Assembly (NCBI GenBank): GCA_965233585.1
Contig: CBDDTI010000747.1
Location: forward strand, 352,001 to 416,000
Reading direction: 5' to 3'
DNA from: a bacterium
GTDB taxonomy: Bacteria > SAR324 > NAC60-12
Length of the DNA: 64,000 nt
Positions 1-9,435 of this stretch are shown piece by piece. Every line of letters starts with the position of its first letter. Position 1 is the stretch's first letter. Under the pieces are notes generated by a model. That model was given only the letters and a program-made list of their open reading frames with translations, did not search any database and was not told the origin of the DNA. The position numbers and the translations under genes are program-made.

Positions 1-882
1 CATTCCTTTAGTGTATAAAGTTTTTGTTGTTCTACCTCCCATAAGTAAGCTATCAATCTTACGAGAATAATCAATTCCTAACCATTGATTAGAAAACATA
101 GAAAATTGACCATAAGCAACCGTGGTTTTACTATCTCCATAAGGTGGGCTTGTTAAAACCACATCATAATACTTTTTTCTCTTTTTGAAAGAATGAGAAT
201 CAACATCTATTTTTACAGCAGATAAGCGAGGCAAGTAATATTTTTGATAGATTTCAATCGTTCTATTCAATTTATCAAAGTACAGACCAAAAACATCTGG
301 ATTAAAATTCAAAATATCTTCCGTTTTCATTTTATAAAGTTTAAACTCATGATTTCTTGTATAAGAACATTCACGAATAGTTTCAGAAAAAGGAATTAAA
401 AAAAGTCTTCTTAAGTCTTTATTTTTTATCTTATTTAAGAAATATTTTATCACTGAAAGATTTTTTAAAGCTATATCAGAAAACCAAAAATTTATATTAT
501 AAAAATTTGGAATTTCTAAATTCTTTAAATTTTCTTCTTTTTTAATAAATTCATAAATAGAATTTCTTAGATTTTGCTTACAAGAAGTTACTTTTAATGA
601 ATCCACTTTTGTAAATTTTGCTCTTGAGATTAAAACAGCTAAAGGATTGATATCAAATCCATCCATTTCTGAAATTCCACAATCCAAACCAGCAATGAAA
701 GAAGAACCAGAGCCACAATAAGGATCAAGCAATTTTCCACCTTTTATCTCTAATTCTTTCAAAATTTCAATTCCTATTTGGGGAAGCATGGTTGCTGGAT
801 ATTTATGTAAATTGGGATACACACTTGCATAAGATTGTCCGATAAAGTCATACTTATCATTTCTTCTTACTGGATATTTCAT
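1..882 (-). CDS. N4-cytosine DNA methyltransferase (MvaI/MjaII-like), runs off window start
   Basis: Manual translation from ATG at 882 gives MKYPVRRNDKYDF...LHKYPATM...LLDPYCGSG (motif I)...VLTSPPYGDSKTTVAYGQFS (motif IV SPPY). ATGA overlap with the stop of the upstream endonuclease. Confidence 0.9.
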   Translation of the reverse strand, partial: MKYPVRRNDKYDFIGQSYASVYPNLHKYPATMLPQIGIEILKELEIKGGKLLDPYCGSGSSFIAGLDCGISEMDGFDINPLAVLISRAKFTKVDSLKVTSCKQNLRNSIYEFIKKEENLKNLEIPNFYNINFWFSDIALKNLSVIKYFLNKIKNKDLRRLFLIPFSETIRECSYTRNHEFKLYKMKTEDILNFNPDVFGLYFDKLNRTIEIYQKYYLPRLSAVKIDVDSHSFKKRKKYYDVVLTSPPYGDSKTTVAYGQFSMFSNQWLGIDYSRKIDSLLMGGRTTKTLYTKGM

Positions 883-1646
883 AATGTTTGGTTGACAAAA
901 TCTACTAAATTAGATAGAGAAGAAATAAAGTTTTTGTTTATAGGCTTAGCTATAAATGATTTATCAAAAAACTTAAACATTCCTCTATGTTGAGGACTAT
1001 CAATTTCATCATAAAAATTAACTGTAGCAAAACATATAACTGGCATTTTACTTGGATTATAAGAAATATTGTATTTCTTTTTAATAGGATTTTCAGTATT
1101 TGCAATTTCCATTAAAAGTTTCCACTTATATGTCTGACCAGCTCTTTCACGAAGTGAAGTTTTAAGAGATAAAATCATACATTCATCTATTTCTTCATTT
1201 TTCTTTTTAGTAAAAATGATCAAATCACAATCTGGTTTCTGTGTCTCTCCATCTACATTGATAGTGGATATACTGTCAAAACCTTTTACTTGAGATTTTT
1301 GACTTGTAATAAAAATATGCGGTTTGATATTTTCTATAATTTTATTATTTAAAAAAATATAGATAATAGTATTTGAAAAAGTATTTCCAGCAATTGATTT
1401 CATTGCTTGACGAACATCTTTTATTTCTCCTTTCCTTTTTCTTTCTTCTAAAATTTGTTCCACGTCATCTTTAGCTTCAACTAAAATAGTATAAATTTCA
1501 TTAAATACTTCTTGCCATGCTTTTTTAAGATTTTGGTTTGAATCTACAAAATCATTTATTCTTTTTAAAGTCGGTGGCATATAGAAAGATTTTTCAATAT
1601 CTAAAAGAATCTTTTGTTCTTGAGTATTTAATTCGTATTTATTCAT
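879..1646 (-). CDS. Type II restriction endonuclease, PD-(D/E)xK, CCGG/CCNGG-family-like
   Basis: KPDCD...SLKTSLRER motif as in PspGI/EcoRII/BsaWI-type enzymes. Translationally coupled to the MTase; very AT-rich. Confidence 0.8.
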   Translation of the reverse strand: MNKYELNTQEQKILLDIEKSFYMPPTLKRINDFVDSNQNLKKAWQEVFNEIYTILVEAKDDVEQILEERKRKGEIKDVRQAMKSIAGNTFSNTIIYIFLNNKIIENIKPHIFITSQKSQVKGFDSISTINVDGETQKPDCDLIIFTKKKNEEIDECMILSLKTSLRERAGQTYKWKLLMEIANTENPIKKKYNISYNPSKMPVICFATVNFYDEIDSPQHRGMFKFFDKSFIAKPINKNFISSLSNLVDFVNQTL

Positions 1647-1733
1647 GCTTTAAACAAATGCTTTAAAAATATCAAAAGATTTAGAGACATTTTCTAATTT
1701 CAAGAGACTTATTTGGTATTCCTATTGACGTTC

Positions 1734-1913
1734 CTATGTTTTTTTGAAAAAGAACAATCGGTTTGCCCAGAGAACGAAGCTAATCAGGACGATAAAGGCA
1801 AAAGCAGAACCAGCATAAAAGTTGATATATTCTTCAAGTCCTCCGAGTAATAAAAAGTGGATTCCAATAAAAATCAGCATTCCCCAAAAAATTCTGTCCA
1901 TTAAATCTAGCAT
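1734..1913 (-). CDS. Small membrane protein (59 aa, DUF2160-like) of the ABC operon
   Basis: Not in the ORF track. MLDLMDRIFWGMLIFIGIHFLLLGGLEEYINFYAGSAFAFIVLISFVLWANRLFFFKKT has two hydrophobic segments and starts immediately after the permease stop. Confidence 0.65.
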   Translation of the reverse strand: MLDLMDRIFWGMLIFIGIHFLLLGGLEEYINFYAGSAFAFIVLISFVLWANRLFFFKKT

Positions 1914-1914
1914 G

Positions 1915-2757
1915 TTATCCTTTCACTGCACCAAAGGTGAGACCGCGAATGATATGTTTTTGCATCAGCCATGCGGCAAGAAGTGTTGGTAAAACGGCAA
2001 TACCCATCATGGCAGCCATAGGACCCCACTGGATTTCAACAGAACCCCAAAAGGTGGATTGCCCAACAGAAATGGTTCTGGCATTGGTGCGTGTGAATAA
2101 AAAAGCGAATAAAAACTCGTTCCATGACCAGATTAAGCAAAACATGGTCGTGATAGCAATGCCCGGTTTGATTAAAGGAAACACGATTTTACGCAAGATA
2201 GACAGGCGATCATAGCCGTCTAGCATAGCAGCATGTTCCAAACTTTCTGGAATTTCACGGAAGAAGCCATACAGCAGAAAAGTTGCAAAACTCATGTTGA
2301 AGTAAACATACAACAAAATCAGTCCCAAATGTGTATCTAATAGATTTAATTCTCTAAACAATAAGAAAAATGGAATTGCTGCGACGACACCAGGGAACAT
2401 TCGTGTAGAAATTGTGATGAATAAAATATGCCCATTGCCTGTGTTGAATCTTGCAAAACTGTATGCGGCAGGAATGGAAACCAGCATCACAAAAAGAGTA
2501 CTGATGACACTGATGATCAATGAATTGACCAATTCCGTCAAAGAAGGTCTGACATTGATGAGGTAGTCAAAGTTCTCCAAAGTCGGCATGAAGACAAAAG
2601 GATTTTCTGCAAAGATGTCATCAGGTGCTTTCAGAGCAGTGACATAAATCCAAAAGACAGGAAAAACAAAGACAAAGACCATCAAACCGACTGACAGCCA
2701 AAATAAAAACTTTTTCATGCGTTCGTTTGATTCAGGCTTGATCCATGGCTTTGACAA
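1915..2757 (-). CDS. Carbohydrate ABC transporter permease (MalG-like)
   Basis: EIPESLEHAAMLDG EAA motif, WNEFLFA, LTFGAVKG C-terminus. Confidence 0.95.
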   Translation of the reverse strand: MSKPWIKPESNERMKKFLFWLSVGLMVFVFVFPVFWIYVTALKAPDDIFAENPFVFMPTLENFDYLINVRPSLTELVNSLIISVISTLFVMLVSIPAAYSFARFNTGNGHILFITISTRMFPGVVAAIPFFLLFRELNLLDTHLGLILLYVYFNMSFATFLLYGFFREIPESLEHAAMLDGYDRLSILRKIVFPLIKPGIAITTMFCLIWSWNEFLFAFLFTRTNARTISVGQSTFWGSVEIQWGPMAAMMGIAVLPTLLAAWLMQKHIIRGLTFGAVKG

Positions 2758-3619
2758 GTTGTTTAAACATCAACGACCCCACAATCAAGGTCATGTACAA
2801 GGCAAATAAGGCATACGCTGCACCTTGACCAATGTCAAAAAAGACAAAAGAGATGCGATAAATCATCCAATCCAATAATTCTGTCCCCAATCCACCACGT
2901 GTTGTTCCATAAAGGGGGTCAAACAACCGCATCAACCACATTGTCCTTAACAGAATAATAATGATGATGAGAGGCTTGAGCATTGGTAACTGCAAACGAA
3001 AGAAGACCCTGATGGCTGAAGCACCGTCTATTTGTGCCGCTTCAAATTGGTCACGTGGCAGTCCCCTTAATCCTGCAAGAATGACAAAAATAGAAAAAGG
3101 CAACCACTGCCAGACTGTAATAAAAACGATAGTATTCAACGCTAAATTAGGGTCTGACAGAAAAGGCACTGCTTGAAAACCCAACCACGTCAAAACCGTA
3201 TTGACGACACCAAACTGAATATGAAGCATGTAATTCCACATCAGCGACATGGACAAAGGAGAGATGAGTAAAGAAATCAAACACAATCCACGCACCAATC
3301 CCTGCCCATAAAAATTACGATTGAGCAACAGGGCAAAACCCATTCCCAGCACTAGCTCAATGATAATACAGACTACCAAAACGTAAATCGTGTTACCCAA
3401 CGCCTTCCAAAACACATCATCTTGCAGAATATCACGATAATTCTCCAGACCAATAAATTCAGGCTCGCCCCGCATGACATAGTCCGTGAAGGACATGTAC
3501 AAGCTATAAAGAGTAGGATAAAGCATGAAACAGATTAAAAACACCACCATCGGCGCAATTAAAATCCATTTCATCACCCGATCGTCATTGAAGAACGAAA
3601 CGTGTCTTTGCTCAAACAT
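2732..3619 (-). CDS. Carbohydrate ABC transporter permease (MalF-like)
   Basis: FIGLENY, WQWLPF, FEAAQIDGAS motifs. Confidence 0.95.
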   Translation of the reverse strand: MFEQRHVSFFNDDRVMKWILIAPMVVFLICFMLYPTLYSLYMSFTDYVMRGEPEFIGLENYRDILQDDVFWKALGNTIYVLVVCIIIELVLGMGFALLLNRNFYGQGLVRGLCLISLLISPLSMSLMWNYMLHIQFGVVNTVLTWLGFQAVPFLSDPNLALNTIVFITVWQWLPFSIFVILAGLRGLPRDQFEAAQIDGASAIRVFFRLQLPMLKPLIIIIILLRTMWLMRLFDPLYGTTRGGLGTELLDWMIYRISFVFFDIGQGAAYALFALYMTLIVGSLMFKQLVKAMDQA

Positions 3620-3654
3620 AAAGGTTCATTGAGAAATTGCAAAAGAGAAGGTCA

Positions 3655-3677
3655 AGGTGCTATTGATCTAGCACCCC
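3655..3677 (-). terminator. Intercistronic stem-loop after the binding-protein gene
   Basis: GGTGCTA-ttgatc-TAGCACC hairpin between the SBP stop and the permease start. Confidence 0.45.
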
Positions 3678-3689
3678 GATTATTAACTC

Positions 3690-5165
3690 TCAACGTTGAG
3701 CAGGCAAATCTCCAAACTTCCTTTGGAGCTTTCTAAAGGATTTTTCCCACGCCTTCAAACTTTCTTCTGGGGTCGTTTCTCCGATGGCATTTTCATGTCC
3801 AATGATGGTCATTTGCTCATAGAGTTTTCCAAAAGCGGAGCTGTTGAAGTGCAGATAACCATTCACATCTTGATGTTGAACCTGCCATTGCTCAAGCGTG
3901 GGCTGAATCCAACCATAGCTTTTGTAATTATTTTCAATGGTTTTATCAGGCTCACTCAAAGCTGTTGAACTAGTTCCAGCCCAGCCTCCATCAATCATTT
4001 CTTTTTGAGTCTTGTAAGACCCAATGTACTTAAGCAACCAATACGTTGCCTCAGGGTTAGGACTATCTAAACTTGGTGCAAAGTGAAAAGCACCGGTATA
4101 AGGACGTTCGCCCACCACAGGAGCGGCAGCGGCTTTTGCCCCTGCGACTTCCAGCTTCACATCAGAAGCCCAGTTCCACAATCCGTTGTACATCAAAGGA
4201 ATGATAGCAGTTTTGCCTTCTACAAATTGAGCAGTAGCAAAATCCCAAAACGCATTAGATGACCCAGGAGGAGAAAATTGCATCATGTCTTGATAGTAAG
4301 CAAATGCCCACTTTAGGGTGTCTCGGTCTTTTTTGGTGATTTTAAAACCAACAACCTTGCCATTTTCCCTGACAGAAGTTGCCCAGTGTGCGTTTTTGCT
4401 CCAAATCATTGCAGCCAATTCATCTTGAACATGAGGGAAACGTCCTGCCATCAGAGACACACCATAAAAATCATGTTTCAGTGTTTCTCCTTTCAGCTTC
4501 TCTCCTTTTTGACGAGTAAAAAACTCTGCTTGGTCTCTTAACTGCTCCCAAGTTTTGGCAGGGTAGAGATTGTAGCCATACTTGGCTCTAAATGCTTTTC
4601 TCTCATCAGGGTTTGTAAATAAATCTTCACGGTAGATAGAAACCATCGTATAGGTGTAATAAGGCATACCCATCAGTTTTCCCTCTCGTGTTGAGGACAT
4701 TCTCAACAAGCCGGGGTCAATGCCGTCTAGCACCTTTTGAATCCCCGCACGTCCTTCAGGGTCATACTTTTCTGCAAGGTCATAAATGGGGTATAAGTAA
4801 TTTTGCCACTCATTTGTCCAAGACGTTTCAGTAATGACCACATCATACGCCCCTGTTCGTCCTTGCAACTCCACCACCTCCTTAGAGTAAATGGTTGCAA
4901 AAACCATAGATTCAGAAGTGACGGGAACACCTGTTGCCTCTGAAAAACGTTTGAGGTAAGTCAGAATGAGGTCAGCTGACCCCCCTGCCTCCAGTGCGAC
5001 GTGAATAGGTTCTTTGTTCTTGATTTCTGGAATATCTTCCAACGTGAAGCCATCAGCAGCATAAGCCATACTTGCAACGAACGAGAAAGCAACTAAACTG
5101 CTGACAGATTTGATTAAGTTTTGCAAACGATTGAAATAATAATGCTTGTACACAAAGTTCTCCAT
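3690..5165 (-). CDS. Sugar/polyol ABC transporter substrate-binding protein
   Basis: Signal peptide (SMAYA/A), YREDLF...PAKTWEQLRDQAEFFT SBP_bac_1-type motifs; first gene of the permease operon. Confidence 0.9.
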   Translation of the reverse strand: MENFVYKHYYFNRLQNLIKSVSSLVAFSFVASMAYAADGFTLEDIPEIKNKEPIHVALEAGGSADLILTYLKRFSEATGVPVTSESMVFATIYSKEVVELQGRTGAYDVVITETSWTNEWQNYLYPIYDLAEKYDPEGRAGIQKVLDGIDPGLLRMSSTREGKLMGMPYYTYTMVSIYREDLFTNPDERKAFRAKYGYNLYPAKTWEQLRDQAEFFTRQKGEKLKGETLKHDFYGVSLMAGRFPHVQDELAAMIWSKNAHWATSVRENGKVVGFKITKKDRDTLKWAFAYYQDMMQFSPPGSSNAFWDFATAQFVEGKTAIIPLMYNGLWNWASDVKLEVAGAKAAAAPVVGERPYTGAFHFAPSLDSPNPEATYWLLKYIGSYKTQKEMIDGGWAGTSSTALSEPDKTIENNYKSYGWIQPTLEQWQVQHQDVNGYLHFNSSAFGKLYEQMTIIGHENAIGETTPEESLKAWEKSFRKLQRKFGDLPAQR

Positions 5166-5252
5166 AAATGAGTTAATGAGATTTTAATAAAATGAATTAG
5201 TTTAGAACGTGGTCGTTTAATGTTTCATAGGCAATTTTTTAAATAGCAAAAA

Positions 5253-5496
5253 AAGATAGCGTTACTATAATTTTTGGATTTTTCTTTGTCAAGAACTATT
5301 TTCAGAAAAAATTAAAAATATTTCAAAAAGCTAAGATTTAAATAGCTAAAACATTGTTTTTTATGATTATCTAAAACATCTATCAAAATAAAATTCTCTT
5401 GATTGAATCTGATTCGGGTGAATTAAGGTTAACTTTTTTAGTAGTATTACTATTTCTTGAAAAAAATCAAATTAAGTAAAACTGGCAAATGTTTTT
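5253..5496. repeat. Copy 1 of a ~245 bp duplicated regulatory region
   Basis: Diverged direct repeat of 6776-7031 (aagatagcgttactataatttttgg...gcaaatgttttt). Confidence 0.9.
5255..5292 (-). promoter_or_regulatory. Sigma70 promoter for the ABC operon with overlapping operator-like site
   Basis: Minus strand TTGACA-17 nt-TATAGT; near-palindrome ATAGTAACGCTAT overlaps the -10/+1. Confidence 0.7.
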
Positions 5497-6605
5497 TAGA
5501 TGTCATGGTCGGTACGATTTGCAAGCTCAACCGCATCAGCAATATGCACGGTGGATGTAGGAAAAGCAGTTTCTGCCCCGTGATGTGCAATAATTTCTAA
5601 TACCTTGAGCAATACCTTCTCTTTCACCTGATGATACTGCACCCAGTCAGTCGTTTTGGTGAAGGTATAAATAAAAAAATCCAAAGACGACGGGGCAAAG
5701 CTATTAAAATTGACGATGAGTGTTTTATTCTTATCAATGTCCTCGTGTTGCTCTAGCATCTGCCGCACATCTGCCACAATGGTTGCCATTTTGTTTGCAT
5801 CACTGTAACGAATACCAATGGTTTCATAAATTCGTCTATTGAGCATTCGCGAAGGATTTTCTACGGCTATTTGATTAAAAACGGCATTGGGTACATATAG
5901 CGGACGTTGGTCAAATGTACGGATACGAGACAACCGCCAGCCAATATCCTCAATCGTGCCTTCAATTTCTCTATCTGGTGAACGCACCCAATCACCGACT
6001 TTGAAAGGTCTGTCCAAATAAATCATCAAACCGCCAAAGAAGTTAGCCAGTAAATCTTTAGCTGCCAAACCAACAGCCAAGCCACCCACACCGCCAAACG
6101 CCAAAATACCAGAGATGCTATAACCTAACTTTTGCAAAATCACCAAAGATGAGGTAATCAGAACAGAAATCCTCAGCAATTTACCCACAGCCATCACCGT
6201 GGTGGTGTCCATTGGTTTTTTGCTAAATGCTGGATCAATGTACCTAGGTTCTACACGGTGAATGAACCGCACGACAAACCAAGTCAATAGCAAAATAACA
6301 CCAACCTGACGAACAGGCACAGCCGATTTGAGCAAATTAATCTCTGATTGAGCCGCTGCTATTTGAGCCGACAGACTCAAGCCCAACAGCCAAATCATCC
6401 AATGCAGTGGTTTAGCAGCAGCCTCTATCAGCGCATCATCCCATAACGTTTGACTCTGTTTTGCTTGTTGCAATAATTTTATCAATAGATGTTTAACCAA
6501 CAAGGCAGCTATGGTGGTCAACAAAACCAGCACAAACACTTCTATAATCCAAAGCCATTCACTATCTATGAGTTGACTGACCCATTCAGGCAATATCTCG
6601 CTCAC
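5496..6605 (-). CDS. Mechanosensitive channel, MscS family (YnaI-like)
   Basis: GLAVGLAAKDLLANFFGG...DRPFKVGDWV...PNAVF...NPSRM; AFPTSTVH C-terminus. Confidence 0.95.
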   Translation of the reverse strand: MSEILPEWVSQLIDSEWLWIIEVFVLVLLTTIAALLVKHLLIKLLQQAKQSQTLWDDALIEAAAKPLHWMIWLLGLSLSAQIAAAQSEINLLKSAVPVRQVGVILLLTWFVVRFIHRVEPRYIDPAFSKKPMDTTTVMAVGKLLRISVLITSSLVILQKLGYSISGILAFGGVGGLAVGLAAKDLLANFFGGLMIYLDRPFKVGDWVRSPDREIEGTIEDIGWRLSRIRTFDQRPLYVPNAVFNQIAVENPSRMLNRRIYETIGIRYSDANKMATIVADVRQMLEQHEDIDKNKTLIVNFNSFAPSSLDFFIYTFTKTTDWVQYHQVKEKVLLKVLEIIAHHGAETAFPTSTVHIADAVELANRTDHDI

Positions 6606-6775
6606 CGTTCATTAACCTCGCTTGTATTGTTATCATCACACAGCTGCAATGCCCAACAACAGGCTTGCAACCACTGGGAAGATTGCTGTAACTGCTGCCA
6701 ATTCACTGACTTGCGGCTTATCATCTTACTCAAACGTTCGGCTGATTAGGAAGCTACCAAAAACTTCCTCAAATC

Positions 6776-7031
6776 AAGATAGCGTTACTATAATTTTTGG
6801 GTTTTTATTTATCAAGAACTATTTTGAAAAAAATTAAAAAAGATTTAAAAAAGTGATTTTTAAATCCTTAATACATTGTTTTATATGATTTTTATAAACA
6901 TCTATCAAAATCAAATTCTCTTGATTAAATCTGATTTGAGCGAATTAAGGTTGAATGAGATTGGTAGTATTACTATACTTTCCAAAGAATTAAGCAAAGA
7001 ATCAAGTCAGATGAAACTAGCAAATGTTTTT
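6776..7031. repeat. Copy 2 of the duplicated regulatory region
   Basis: Direct repeat of 5253-5496; retains TTGATA-17-TATAGT on the minus strand, pointing into mscS. Confidence 0.9.
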
Positions 7032-7075
7032 GAGTTGTGCCATCATCTGTAACACTTTTTGAATGGAGAAAATCA

Positions 7076-8257
7076 ATGAATGCTCAAATAATGAATGACC
7101 AAATCAACCAACTTCCTTCTGAATCAATTTTGCTGGGTCGTGTGTGGCGTCCTGACGTTGAAGGACCTGCTGTGTGCTTTATGCAAAACAACCAAATCTA
7201 TGACATTACATCGGTTGAAGCCCCCACAATGAGCGATGTCTTGGAAAAGCCTGACCCCGTGGCTTTTGTTCAAGAAAAGCTCTCTCATGCGTCACTTCTG
7301 GGGGAATGGAGTGAGGTTGTCAAAAACAGTTTAGACTCATCAGGAGACTTATCAAAAGTCCATCTGTTAGCCCCTTGTGATTTACAGGCAATCAAAGCCT
7401 GTGGAGTGACCTTTGCCCAATCTATGGTGGAAAGAGTGATAGAAGAGAAAGCATCAGGAGACTTTGCCAAAGCCGAAGCAATCCGAGACCAGCTGACCCA
7501 GTCCATTGGTGAATCCTTGAAAAATGTCAAAGCAGGTTCTCAACAAGCCGCAAAGCTGAAACAAGCCCTGCAAGAACAAGGACTTTGGAGTCAATACCTT
7601 GAAGTTGGAATCGGACCAGATGCTGAAGTGTTCACCAAGAGTCAAGCCATGTCAGCAGTGGGCTTTGGTGCAAAAGTTGGCATTCACCCCATGTCTAACT
7701 GGAACAACCCCGAGCCTGAAGTCGTTTTGGCAGTGTCTTCCAAAGGGAAAATTGTTGGGGCAACTTTGGGTAATGATGTGAATTTACGAGACGTTGAGGG
7801 ACGTTCTGCTTTGCTTTTGGGAAAAGCCAAAGACAACAATGCTTCTTGTGCGATGGGCCCATTAGTCCGATTGTTTGATGAGCATTACACCCTAGATGAT
7901 GTCCGTCATGCTCATTTGGATTTAATCGTTCAAGGTCAAGATGGCTTTATGTTGAAAGGAACATCAACCATGAGTCAAATCAGCCGAGACCCTGAAGAGT
8001 TAGTCAAACAGACGATTGGCGAGCATCATCAGTACCCTGATGGCTTCATGTTGTTCATGGGGACTCTGTTTGCACCCACTCAAGACCGAGACACACAGGG
8101 GCAAGGCTTCACTCACAAAGTCGGTGATGTGGTGTCTATTTCATCGGAAAAACTGGGGACGCTTGTCAACACTGTTGAGCTTTCTACAAAATGCCCTCAA
8201 TGGACTTTTGGCATCAGGGCATTGATGAAAAACCTTGCTCAACGACATTTACTTTAA
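7076..8257 (+). CDS. Fumarylacetoacetate hydrolase family protein (XylX-like 2-keto-3-deoxy-pentonate dehydratase)
   Basis: CDLQAIKACGVTF, WNNPEPE, GNDVNLRDVEGRSALLLGKAKD. Start moved to the ATG after GGAG. Confidence 0.85.
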   Translation: MNAQIMNDQINQLPSESILLGRVWRPDVEGPAVCFMQNNQIYDITSVEAPTMSDVLEKPDPVAFVQEKLSHASLLGEWSEVVKNSLDSSGDLSKVHLLAPCDLQAIKACGVTFAQSMVERVIEEKASGDFAKAEAIRDQLTQSIGESLKNVKAGSQQAAKLKQALQEQGLWSQYLEVGIGPDAEVFTKSQAMSAVGFGAKVGIHPMSNWNNPEPEVVLAVSSKGKIVGATLGNDVNLRDVEGRSALLLGKAKDNNASCAMGPLVRLFDEHYTLDDVRHAHLDLIVQGQDGFMLKGTSTMSQISRDPEELVKQTIGEHHQYPDGFMLFMGTLFAPTQDRDTQGQGFTHKVGDVVSISSEKLGTLVNTVELSTKCPQWTFGIRALMKNLAQRHLL

Positions 8258-8297
8258 GGGATAAGAAAAATTGAAAAATTGAAAATAGGATAAATTT

Positions 8298-9254
8298 ATG
8301 AACAAAATTGTTTTTTTAGACCGCAACACGATTGGTCTTTCTGCTAAATTGAATACTCCACATGCACCGCATGAATGGACAACTTATGACAATACTGACC
8401 CAGAACAAGTTGCAGAAAGACTGCAAAATGCAGACATTGCCATCACAAACAAAGTGCCATTAAGAACAGAAACCTTAGCACAACTTCCCCAACTGAAAAT
8501 GATTGCCGTTGCTGCAACAGGTTATGACAATGTGGACATTGAAACCTGTGCCAAACAGGGCATTGTTGTTTCCAATGTACGAGGCTATGCCTTGCATACC
8601 GTGCCAGAACAGACCTTTGCTTTCATTTTTGCGTTAAGAAGACGTTTGATTCACTACCGCCAAGATGTTCTCAATGGAGAATGGCAGAAGTCTGGGCAGG
8701 TGTCTTTTTTTCAACACCCCATTCAAGACTTACACGGACAACGTTTAGGAATTATTGGCGAGGGTGTCATTGGGCAAGAAGTGGCACGTATTGGACAGGC
8801 TTTGGGCATGAAGACCATGTTTGCCTCTCATAAAGGAGTGAAAGGATTGGGACCACTCTACACAGATTGGCAGGAGGTTTTAGAAACCAGTGATGTCATT
8901 ACGATTCATTCACCATTGATGCCTGCAACTAGAAACATGATTGCAGCTGCCGAGTTTCAGATGATGAAAAAACAGCCGTTGCTCATCAATACAGCACGTG
9001 GCGGATTGGTTGATGAAGTGGCACTAATTGAGGCGTTTAAACAAGGTTTAGTTTCAGGAATTGGCTTTGATGTGTTGGCAACAGAACCCCCGCAAAATGA
9101 TAATCCTTTGCTGAGCATTGCAGACCACCCTGACGTCATCATCACTTCTCACGTCGCTTGGGCATCTGACGAAGCCATGCAAACTTTGTGGGACCAAGTG
9201 ATTGAACACATTGACAACTTCATCAAAGGCACACCAAGCAATCAAGTGTTTTAG
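8298..9254 (+). CDS. D-2-hydroxyacid (glycerate/hydroxypyruvate) dehydrogenase
   Basis: ATGYDNVD, GIIGEGVIG, INTARGGLVDE, HVAWAS motifs. Confidence 0.92.
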   Translation: MNKIVFLDRNTIGLSAKLNTPHAPHEWTTYDNTDPEQVAERLQNADIAITNKVPLRTETLAQLPQLKMIAVAATGYDNVDIETCAKQGIVVSNVRGYALHTVPEQTFAFIFALRRRLIHYRQDVLNGEWQKSGQVSFFQHPIQDLHGQRLGIIGEGVIGQEVARIGQALGMKTMFASHKGVKGLGPLYTDWQEVLETSDVITIHSPLMPATRNMIAAAEFQMMKKQPLLINTARGGLVDEVALIEAFKQGLVSGIGFDVLATEPPQNDNPLLSIADHPDVIITSHVAWASDEAMQTLWDQVIEHIDNFIKGTPSNQVF

Positions 9255-9435
9255 CTTTTTTAATGAACAACCTGCTTATTCAATCAAACAACCTCGCTTG
9301 GGCATCTGACGAAGCCATGCAAACTTTGTGGGACCAAGTGATTGAACACATTGACAACTTCATCAAAGGCACACCAAGCAATCAAGTGTTTTAGCTTTTT
9401 TAATGAACAACCTGCTTATTCAATCAAACAACCTC
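9154..9435. repeat. Perfect 140-bp tandem duplication
   Basis: tcgcttgggcatctgac...caatcaaacaacctc occurs at 9154 and again at 9294; it spans the dehydrogenase 3' end and the MTase 5' end. Confidence 0.95.
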
